Shown here piece by piece: positions 34,701 through 46,700 of a stretch of 64,000 bases of DNA (position 1 is its first letter; each line of letters begins with the position of its first letter). The translations under genes were made by a program, and so were the position numbers. The stretch lies in NCBI GenBank assembly GCA_002633005.1, contig NMRA01000074.1, positions 959,097 through 1,023,096 on the forward strand, read 5' to 3'. The notes under the pieces are model-generated. The model was not told the DNA's origin. It saw only the letters and a program-made list of their open reading frames with translations, and made no database searches. Origin of the DNA: Phoronis australis. Taxonomy: Eukaryota; Animalia; Phoronida.

Positions 34701-37700
34701 TTTTTTTACATTTACCTCTGTATGTTCAAAGGTCCTCAACCTGTTAATGTGTTGACGCTATCTCTCCATTTTCAGATGGATACGACGTAGTTTGTGCCAC
34801 GTAGTAGCCATTTTTACTGTTTTCGAGTCTGTTTTCTGGCATCCACTCATCTAGCTACCAAACCGCTTTCAGGATAATTGTGAAAATTGGCATGTATGTT
34901 TTTACTATGAAGTGGATGGCTGTCGATGATTTTGGTTGAGTTTGACTGTGGCACCTCCTAGTGGCAGTTTTGTTTTTTTGTGCTCATGGCTGTACGTATC
35001 TCCTAAACCGTTTGCAGGATCTTTACTTAATTTAGCAAGTGTATTTATATGATGTTGACAATGGACGACGACGACTTTCGGACAGATCTGACTACTGGTG
35101 TGCCACCTAGTGGCTATATTACTTTGTCCGTTTATCAGTCTATATCTTTAAAGGTCCTCAACAGATTTTCATAAAATTTTGAATATAGGCATCTATTGGT
35201 GAGATGACGCTATCATCCTGTTTTTGGATGGAATCGAATTATTTTGCGCCACCTAGTGGCCATTTTTTGCTGTTTTCAAATCTTGTTTTGGCGTCCACCC
35301 CTCGATCAACCAAATCATTCTAGGGATGGTTTTGAAAATTGGCATATATGTTTTCAGTGTGAAGAGGACTTTTGATGTTGGCGACTGACTACTTTGGCAC
35401 CTCTCGGTGGTAGTTTTGTTTTGTTTTTCGCCCATAGCTGTATCTCCAAAACCCACTGCAAGAGCTTTATTAAATTTAGTAAGTGAATTTATACGAAGAT
35501 AAGAGACGATGACTTTCAGGCGGTTCGAACGGAGGCTGTGCTCACAAGAGGCAATTTCATTTTGTTCTGTTTTTCTTTGTTTATCTGAAGTTCCTTGACA
35601 GATTTTTATGAAATATGGCATGTTCCCATTTTTGAATGGATTGCATGTTTTTGCGCCATCTAGTGGCCATTTTTATGATAAAAATAAACAACCCTAAAAG
35701 CAAACCATTTGCGACGCGTTTGTGGCTGCATTTCAATGCTCCGTGTTGCTTTTGTTATATTTCATTTAATTCAAGTATTTGTGATGTGTTAAACTTAAGC
35801 AGTACTTAGATGGCCTGTAAGGTCGAAATCTCCTGATTTAGAGGGACGCTCAACACCCGGTTCAAAGGTAGGAAATTTACATCACTAATTACATTGCCAT
35901 TTTATTTGTTATGCGCACACAAGCACACACATATTCTATTAAGTAGGCACATTATGCCGACGTCTTCAACCGGTTGTCTGCCCATCTGGTGTCCAATGCT
36001 GTATCTCCAAAAACACTTGATGGATGTTTGTGAAATATTGCAGACATGCTCCTATCCTGGTTTTGGCGACCTGGAGCACGTTTTTGACTTCTTTGCCTGA
36101 TATTGGCAGTTTTAGTTTTTTACGTTTGCCTCTTCATAAAAGGAGGTCCCTGATAGATTTTCATGAAATTTAGCAACCAGGTATCTGTTAAAGAGATGGC
36201 GTCGTGCTTTTGTTTGTGAATGGATTTGAGTACAGTGACATAGTCTGCATCACATAGTGGCCATTTTTCTGTTTTTTTAAGTCGGTTTTTAGCATCCACT
36301 TCCTTTTTGCCAAATTGCTCAAGGAATCATGAATATTTATTTAGTAAATTTATTCCTACTATGATGGCTCCAACTATTGTGGCCCTCTCTTGTGGCAGTT
36401 TATTTGTGTGTGCGGGTTACAGAATATTTGTTAAATTTAGCTGTGTATTTCTTTGAACACAATAGATGGCCACAACTTTCGGACGTATCCAACTACTGCT
36501 GGTCCTCCTAGTGCCAATTTTAGTTTTTCTATGTTTTTATTGTCTGACTCAGTGCTTTATTTGCTAATCTTTATTGGCAGGGCCTGGAAGAGCATGCACA
36601 CATGAGCTTTTTATTGAACAACATCAACGATATTATGGAACTGTTGGTGGAACCAGGTAAGCTTGAAAGTCGTTGGAAATCTGCAAAAGAAATCTAGGGA
36701 TATTTTGTCTATCATAATTGGTAAATCAATATTCAAAAATGTTGATGAAGTGTGGCGAAAATTACAAAAAAATGCATTACAAGAATCCAATTTAAGGGAA
36801 GGTAATGAAAAACAAACTGGAGGTCAACTGAGCTTTGAGTGTTCGAATGAATGCTATACAGATTTTTTTTTTGAAAAGAGCACTTTATCATGCCCATTTG
36901 TGAACATATTACCCATGTAGTGAAGACATAAATGAACATGTAGTGAAGACATACATGAACATGTAGTGAAGACATACATGAACATGTAGTGAAGACATAC
37001 ATGAACAGATGGTTTTCAAAATATACTGGACAGACCCTTCCAAACTTTGACGAACTTCTTGTCAGAAATACTTGGCTGTTAAGTTTGTGGAAGTAATTTA
37101 GAGTTTTTGCCGAATAATAGGGAAGAATTTAATGTGTGTGTCTATCTGCTAATTGCTTATTTATGGGTAGATTTGCAAGTCTAGTTGACACAATTTAGAC
37201 AAAATGCATGAAACAGCACCTGTGACAGGCAAGATTCTTTGAGAATTTAAACATGTGAGTTGGGTTTTGTGCATCGAATTTCAATGTTGCCCAGTTTATT
37301 TTGACAGCTGCTGTTCTGCATTCAACATCCGATCTGTATCTCTCTAGGCTTATGGAAAATCATTCAGGCATGCCTGAGGAGAATTTTCATGAAATTTTGA
37401 CTCACTTATTCCCATTAAAGGAGCATGCCACCCAAAAAACAACCTAATTTGTATCAATTTAAAACGAGTAGTTCTACCCCCGTGACGGCACGTACGGTTG
37501 CGTTACCTGATGGCAGATGGAGGTGTTGAAATAATCCAATGATGTAATTGGTTTCACACGCAGTCTGTTCAGCAGTTCACAACACGGGTTACTGGTGTCA
37601 TCTTATCGCTTGAAGTCATCGTTTAACACCAATAAATCATCAAACTTCGATGTAAAACCCTTAAAAATACACCTAGTTCTTATAAAAATGCGTTGTTTTA

Positions 37701-40700
37701 TTTCGCTGTTACAGAATTATTTTTTTTGACACACCGTAGCCTACAAAGTTCGGCATGCCAATAAGGTCCGCAGCTAGTTTGGGGTCTGTTCGGAGACAAA
37801 TTCGAAGTATTTTTCTGTGAGATACAGACAGGAGAACCTATATCTGTGTTGTATGGACTTGGGATTTTTTGAGTTCTAAACACACAAAACGCTTATTATC
37901 CTGGCCAGTGGCTTGGAGCCTGATCAGGCCCGTCGCGGCTGGATTGACTCGTTATCCCAGCCAGTGGCTTGGAAACCGATCAGACATCACGAACATAAAC
38001 CAGCCAAAGTTGGAAACTAAACTTCCAGTCAAGAAAATACTATGCTACTGAGCCAAAGTAACGTGCACGTGATTATGCTGATGAATTAACCACGAAAGTG
38101 CAAATCTACTTACTTGTTGGGGGCCGCGAATTCAGGTTCCGCTTTCAGCCACAGCACCGTCAGGGCAGAAGTTGTACATTGACAATGAATTATTTGAATA
38201 ATGTAAATGTACATAAAGATTCCCCTAACACCTGGCCATGGGATGGAAATCAAGTTGTTTCTCAATTGTTTCTGTCAGCAAACACTAAATTAGCATGAGC
38301 TCACACGGCCTCGGTCACGGTGTCCCGTCAATTAGTTTTATTGCACCTAAAGCCGGTAACGCAGTGATTTATTCATTGCAGGCTTCTCAAATCATTTGCA
38401 CTCACGAACACTCCAAAGGCATGAGATAGACTTTGTTTCAATTTTATACAAGTATTGGTTAGGGTGAGAATAATTCATTTTGAAACAGAACGCTCAGTAA
38501 TAAACGTCAACATCAAGTGGCAACTCGCAATACCGACTTAAACGAGAGCTCATCTAAAACTTCGCAGGTAGATCGTTAAGTTTCACAGGCTATCAGTTCG
38601 AACAGGAATACAGTGAAGAAATACTCGAGAGGCACCGTGAACAAGTTCCGAAAACGGAACGTATGGATAGTTATTTGGTAAGCGGTATTTGATCGTCAAG
38701 CACTGTCGACGACTGCAGGCCACAGGCACGGAGATGTTTCACGGCCTCATACTTGCTATTTACAGCGTTATTTTCATTCTTCACTACCGCGAGCCACTTC
38801 CTAAGCATTTCGGACTCTCGAAGAAGTCGAAAAAACGATTTAATACCCGTTTTCCTCGCAGCTGCATATTTCGGACAAGTGGGAACTATGCAACGCAACA
38901 TAGCGGCATTCACTCTGCCAATGAACCACCAATGTCGCTAGTGTCATTTCTCATCTTCCTCACAGGTTAACGCGACACCTCTTGGCAAGGTAAGGTTGAC
39001 GGTATGCGAAGCGATGTGGATAAAGACCGATTAAGACGGCAAAAAAAGACTAATTAAATCAGATGGCATTCTCCTTTAAGAAGAGCATGGCTGGCTTGGA
39101 TTCTCAAATACACCCAATTGTCGCTGTGGCCCCTAGTGGCATTTTTATGCCCATCTATATGCTAACCTAAATTGTATGGAATGCAATGGTGGACCATAGC
39201 AGCTCGCTGTTTATGATGAGCTATTGTTTATGAATATCAAGTCATTTGTTTACATTGCTCTCATTTTAGATTCTTATGTTGGTGATAGAGGCAATGATCT
39301 CAGTTTGAGCTTGGAAGCTGTGGAAGTCCTATCTATGGTGATAGAAGGCTCGGCTGACAAGAACAAAACAATTAAACCTCTTCATGAGCTGGCCATGATG
39401 CAAGCGTATCAGCAGAAAAGTGGATTTCACAAGGTGTGTATCAGAATTAGATCAGAATGATGAATTCTTACCAATCAGTTCTAAGTAATACTTTCTGTCT
39501 AACTATTTTGAAAGGAGTTCCAAGTTGTTGTAATTGAAGTTTCATTGGATCAGTAAGATTAAGTACTGTAGGTTTATTTACAAGAACCCATTTTTAGTAA
39601 GATTACATAATCAAGGTTACTTACAAGAAAGTATCTTGTTTAGAACATCAAATGTAAACCTATCTTTCTCATCATCATCAGAAACCAGTAACAGAACTTT
39701 TCCTTTGTTATTTAGATTACATACCTCATAAATGTAAAACACATTAGCCAACTTAAAGTTACTCCTGTATCAGCACTGTTTCCTGTGTTCTCTAAAATGA
39801 GCACAGTCAACACCTTGTTCGTTGTGTATTTCTAATTCACCCGAGTATTTGTTGCCATCAGATCTCCAGGAGTTTCTCATTCCGCACACTCCAGTCTTGG
39901 CTGAGTTCACACGTTGTCCAGAGTCCATTTGGTGTCAGTTCCTGTCTGGCTAATGGACGCAGGCTGTCCTGGTACATGGCTGGTCAGTATATTTAAGATG
40001 TAATGTATCACATTGGATCTTTGCAAAGCCAGGTGTATTTACATTAAGTTCTCTTGACTGTAGCATGGATTTATGACTTATTTTATTGAACTTAACCTCT
40101 AATGTTAAACCGTCAAAGCTTGTTACAATGTTTATTTGCTTACAACATCCCAAGTTGACTGTACTGTGTACAATTTGATTTGACAGTTTGTAAATGACCA
40201 GGGTGGGTTTGTCTGTATTACTATTTTCATTACTGAGATTACTCAGTTGCATTAAAACCACATATTCAGATGAATAAATTTTATAAAAGACTTATAGCAA
40301 TACACATATTCCTAGCCTTTTGATCACCCAATTATGAAGCTTTCTTACATAGCTTAATGTAAAGAAAATTGTGTGCTTAATGTGTTGTATTTGCGCCAAG
40401 TGACTCAGCAAAAATAAATTTCCCGGCCTGTTTCCAGTCTCACTGGATGATCTGTTAAATACAATATCATCTAAATTAAAACAGTTCTTGGATCCACAGC
40501 CGTTATACTGTTAAAGGTCCATGGTAAAGAAAACTTCATGTCCTAAGTATTCTGTTTTTGTTCAGATGATCGAGACAAGACTGACACGAGTCACCGTCGA
40601 GGTAGGATAGCCACTAATGCACACCTGGTACCCAGACATCACCTCAAAAGGCACAAGGTCATCATTATGTCACAAGTGTGTCGACAGGCCATAGCTCGGG

Positions 40701-43700
40701 TAAGGCGTGATGCATGCTGGTCTGAGTGAGTTACCTGAAGCCCTGTCTGTGCTGCGAGGGGTTTCAAGGGCCCTCAATGCTTCGCTTTTGTGGCTACATA
40801 TTGACCCCATTCCCAATTGTAAAAAAATAAATAAATCAAGCAAAATTACGTTCATCAGATTTAAAGAATCACCTCAAATGATTAAGAATCTCTGTCAAGG
40901 TTAGAATTATCGCTTTTTCAAAAACGATTCCATCCTTAGGGAGTTAAAACTCACACAGACCCTTGGCTTCAGATTGTTTTATTGACTGTGAGCTGATGGA
41001 ATTGGTGATGACTGGGGGATGGCTGATATGAAAAAACTCCCTTATTATTTTATGGTTGTCATAACTTTGATTATGGCTGTAATGTTTTATTATACTCCAA
41101 AACCTTAGTAATTTCATTTTTAAATATAGTAAGCAATTGAATTAATTTCTACAATATGCTGAGCTTTTGGTATATATTTATGTTCTTATTTTTTGTTAAT
41201 ATGCTAGTCCTTTAATTCTGTATGATTTCCCTTTTTCATTATTTTCTTTGTGTTATTGCGCATTATAATTTATCGCTGTATATGTATAAGCCTATACATA
41301 ATGATTCGTTTTCTGGCCTATTTCTCTGTACTATAATTGTATTGTCTTACACTTGTATTGCCATAAAAAGTGGCGGAGGGGGAGAATTTCCCTACTCACC
41401 CGGACAAAAAGTCTTTTGCTTGAGAAGGTGAAGCACTATTCCTCTTAGGTGAGCGAGGACCCTGCTTCCTGTAAAAAAATAATTGCAGGCTGTCTGATAC
41501 ACGCAGGCCTCGCATGTGGGCCCATTGCACTGATCACCTGGAAATATTTTTATACTTTATTAATATATTGTTAAAACCGAGCTGAGGAGCTAGAAACCTG
41601 GCTCAAGGGTTTAGCAGTGTGACCTGGTGGGACTTGAACCCACAACCTCGAGTAAAGAAAGCGGGCACTTATCAACCAGGCCACACTGCCTCCTCTCCCT
41701 GCTTCCTGTGCCTAGACATACAATTATTTAACAGTAGTTTTGAAATTATGGTTGGGTGAAAACCAAGACAAAAAATAAAATACAATGAACTTTATGAGTA
41801 GCCGTAGAAACATACCGTTTACAGTGCGCTGTAGGTGCTTATCAACGCTTCAGCTGCTCTTGTTGTTTTCAGAGCTCAAAGACTTTAGAAGGTGCCTGTA
41901 TAAAAATCCATCGATGTCATAACTCATTCTTGTACTTACTGTCACCTATGAGGTGAGTTTCCTTGAAGTGAAAATGGCTGGTTTTGTTTTAATTTGTTTT
42001 ATTTTGTGTTAGTTCATGTTATTTTGTGTCCTTTTCAATTATTTTAGAAAGCAGTTTTGTGTCACCAGTCGAACAGTATTCATTTTGTTCACAATTTGTC
42101 TTCATACTGTGTCTGATGGCTTTGGCGGCCATTATAGTGTATTTAAGTTTCCTTCTTTTGTTTCATATTCCAATGAAAGTGTTACAAAGTAATTAGCATA
42201 TTTCAGTACAGATACTTAAAGTGTGTTGTCTAGTGCCAGTCACGTGATTCTCTATTAATTGTGAACTAGTTAAATTAAGTCCTGACCAGCAGTTCACCTT
42301 CAGGTGGTTTTTGGACAATGTTGGATTATCGCAAAATCAATAGCGAATAGCTGCATAGAAATGTTCAACGAGAGTTGTGTGACAAAATATCAGAACTTGG
42401 GTAGGATTTATAGCAAATTTATTAGTGAACTTGTGACGGCGATTCCGCATTCATTCAGCGAACATGCTAGTGTTTTGTGGCTCCACGGGTTCAAGTTCAA
42501 TTCCTGTCGGCTTTCATAAAAGCATCTTCTTGCATTTTGACGAAAAACCTGCAGTCTAATTTTTGTGTGGCATGACACTGAATAGAAATATACAAAGCAT
42601 TGAAATGTTAACAAAGATAGCGAACTTATGGAGTGGACTTTTGGAGTTGACAAAGGGCTTTGCATTGTGTTATAAGTTTGGTGCAACATTAGATTTGATT
42701 GACAATTAACACGTAATTAAACCTGGTGTGTTTGTAACGATCTTCGAAAAAGAGACAACTTCCACTAGAAAACAACAACTAATCTATGAAATTAAATTTT
42801 TTCGAAATTTTCACACATTTTGCTGCATGAACAACCTATGAATAGCATTATACAATAAGGCTGCATTTGCCCTTAAATGAAACTTAAAATGTTGCTTTCA
42901 TCATCAAAGTACTTTTAAATTATGAGGAGCACTCAGTGTCAAGCTGTCATCAGTGACTATGAGTATGCGCCCCAGTGCCCCCTTGGGTTCACAGGCCATT
43001 GAAAGTTTGGAGGAAGGAGTGACTAGTATTATTCATGACGTTAACAGGTTGTGTTGTTCGTATTGTTGAGATGGCATAGCTTGCATTATCAGCTGTTTGT
43101 AATGACGGTGCCATCTCTGCTTACCTCTTAGTGGGATAAATAAAGTGCTGACTGCTCAAATAATGGACACTAGGAAATGATATTCTGTGTTCTTTTTCTA
43201 TCAGATATGTAAGCATTGAGAAGTGCCGTAATACGACTGTTGTGCTTGGCGCTGTCGAGACCGCGGTGCATGTGCAGAACTGTGAACAGTTGACAGTGAT
43301 TGCAGCATGTCGAAGAGTCACTATCAGGTCAGTGGTTCACATTATGGTGTTTGATGATGTCACCATGCTAAGTAATGATACCACCATGGTATTTGATGAC
43401 AACACTGTGCTATGTAATGATATACCATGATGGTGTTTGATGACGACACCATGGTATTTAATGACATCGCAATGGTATTTGATGACAACACCATGGTAAT
43501 TGTTGACAACATCTTGATACTTGATATAACACCATGGTATTTGTTGGTAATACAATGCTAAGTAATGATAGCACCATGCTCTATTTGTTCTATCATGCCA
43601 CGGTAATTGATGAAGACACAATGATGTAACATTCTTGTTTAGAATTTGCTTGATAGTTCACTTATTTGCCGATACAATAAATGAATTGACCATGCAGTCT

Positions 43701-46700
43701 GTTTTTGAGGAGTAGAATGAACATGTTTATGCTTTCATGACTGTGCGTACACTTAAAGACACTGTGGTCTGTCAGCTCTAGCAACTTTTGATTATTACCC
43801 AAGAAGTTATCTTTAAGTGGCTATAAAACTTTGCTCTGTCTGTGATGCAAACTGTTGATTTCGACCACTTACCGCTATAAAATTGGTTTTGATGTGTTCC
43901 TTACTCAGTTTATAAGTGATTGATTTCTGGGTTTGCCAAAAACAGTCAGTTCATTATTCCTTGAGACTGTGCTTGGCACAATAAAAAACAAGCGTGACTA
44001 GACATTTTGTAGAGCCTGGCCATTTCTTTCAAAGCTCTGGAATTATCTCCAGTTTGAGTAAGGAACAATTTGAGAGTAAGTGATCCAAATCAAAGTTTTT
44101 TTTGGAAGTCAGGTGCATCATAGCCGTTTTATGTGATTTGAATATGACGACTAGAATAATTGTTTTCGAAGTGAAGTCCAGTTGATGGATTGATGGTTGT
44201 GTTATGTGTCAATTCTAGCATTGAAAGACTTACTCGACTTTCATTGCCTGTAAATATTTTAATGCTACAAGTGTTCGAGTAACCTACCGTGTTGATCAAG
44301 CTTTTCTTCCTTCCCCTCTAGTGGCTCCACCTTGTGCACATTTTAATTCTACAAGTGTTTTTGTTATCTACCTTGTTGATCAAGCTTTTCTTTCTTCCCA
44401 TGCAGTGGCTCCACCTTGTGCACATTTCACCTGTTAACTCCAAGACGACCTCTGATACTGGCTGGTAATGACTCCATTATATTGGCACCCTACCACACGT
44501 TCTATGGGAAACTGGATGAACATTTGGTGCAAGCGGGCCTGGCTGTCAAGCCAAATCTATGGAACCAGGCTTTTTGCGTTGGTGTGTGGCTGCATTTGTC
44601 CATGTTTTCAAACTGTTTTGATCTGACAGTAATTTAGAAGACATTCCAGTGTTGAACTGAATATTATGTAAAATACCAGTAAAATTGGATATGATTATTT
44701 TTTTCAGTGAAAATATTATGATCTTCAAGTCTTTTGAAGTTTGATTGCTTAAGATGATAAAGTTTATACTCTGGGATAAAATTTGTGGAACGGCATCAGT
44801 GCCGTTGTCTAACAGTACAACTACAAGCCACTTGACAAATTCTTGTGAGATTGATAGTGTTACATCAGTTTTGTTAGCTCAACTTGATTCACTTTATTTT
44901 CTGATGTTCACTGGGTCAACTTGGTGAACTGCAAAGACACCTGGTTGATGTGTTAGCCAACAGTTGTTTCCAAAAGTCTTTCAAATGTCTTTACCAGGTC
45001 CAGCTGACTCGGCATACTTGTCAACTTTAAATCAAGTGCAGCCTTTCATCAGTCTTGCTTTGTTTTTACGTAAATTTGTCGAATTTGCTGTTGTAGTGAT
45101 GACCGTGTCGTTACAGGTCCAGATCACCATGACAACACAAGAGTGTTTGAAATCTTACCTGCCAGTGACTTCTACTTGTTCAGCATTCCTTTCGATGTCA
45201 GTGGACCAACAAAGGTAGCTTGAATATGGTGTGCTAGTGTGAAAGCAGGAAATCCTCAAGGTTTTCTTTCAAAAACCAATGCTTCATGTAAAATTCTGTT
45301 TTGCGCAGTCATGTTTTTTGCCAAAAGCATCGTTGGTTCTTGCGAGCAAAGTTAGTGTGATCACGGGCTTGGTTTGTAATGCATGGTGATGCCTCATGAA
45401 GTCTTGCATCGGGGCCAGTGTAATGCATGGTGATGCCTCATGAAGTCTTGCATCGTGGCCAGTGTAATGGATGGTGATGCCTGATGAAGTCTTGCATCGT
45501 GGCCAGTGTAATGCATGGTGATGCCTGATGAAGTCTTGCATCGTGGCCAGTGTAATGCATGGTGATGCCTCATGAAGTCTTGCATCGTGGCCAGTGTAAT
45601 GCATGGTGATGTCTCATGAAGTCTTGCATGGTGGCGAGTGTATTGCGTTTAAGGGAAGGGCACCTGTGACTGGTTATGTGAAATAGTCCCAATATAGACT
45701 CAACTATGTTCCATAAGTTTCCAGCGCATTTGTGTACTTTGTGCAAACGGCGATTGTCTTTTCTTCTATTTTGTCTTCATTGCTTCATCAAGTTTTGGCT
45801 TTGACACTGAGTGTAAACTGTACGATGAGATCTTAATATTACAATAATAGTAAATAGTGAACAGGGACATTTTCATGCATTGTTCTTAATTTAAAAACTT
45901 GTTCCATATTTATTTTCAGTGAAATAACGTCTCAGTTTTCAGATATATTTTTTAAAATGTCAAGTAATAGAGGAGTTCACAAAAAATATAAAGTGACAGA
46001 AAAATATACCATTAGTGAGTAAACACGTCTTCAAATGCACTGACAATTTGGGGAAAATGGCTGACTTCCTGTTTAGATTGTTTCATACAACAGCCTCCCG
46101 TTCAGTAACGCAAGGACCTCGCTAAAAAGCAAGACTTCGCGAGATTACGTGAAATATTGCCGTGTATTTTAAATGAGAACACGTGACTTTGACTGCTAAC
46201 TAGTAGATTTTAGCTAGGTTCTAGCGTAGGTCCTTGCGTCTACTGAATGCAGGCCAGGGCACTTGTTTGCGGTTGCTTGGCAACTGATGCAATAATGGAT
46301 TGGGGTTAAGTTGATAAGGCACTTCATTAAAATACTAGCTTTATTGTGTTGTTATGGCTTGTGATAAAAGGATGAGACCTTGCTAAAAAATTATGCAGGC
46401 GGGCACTTTTTTAAGATGTGAGGCACAGGTTTCATAGTAGGTCACGGTGCATTTCAAAACCAAATATGGGTTTTTGTCCTTTTCTTAACCACTGGCTTTT
46501 AGTTGTTCTATTGGTTTTTGTTTACCATTGGGTCTCATCAAATAGAAATTGAACATCGGAACATAATCCGTTTGCTTTTTTATGCGCCCACATATTTATG
46601 TGGTCGCATATTGCCGTCATCTCTGTCTGTCCGGGAGTCCGGCGTCTGCAGCTCTATCTCCTAAACCCCTCACAGGATCTTCATGAGATTTGGCAGATGT

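Noticed and set aside
43337-43621. ORF with YHGVVIK repeats
   Set aside because: Translation of a ~22-bp intronic tandem repeat, antisense to TBCCD1.
45284-45645. Repetitive His-rich ORFs or a CRISPR-like array
   Set aside because: Plain 44-bp head-to-tail minisatellite with no unique spacers, inside a eukaryotic intron.
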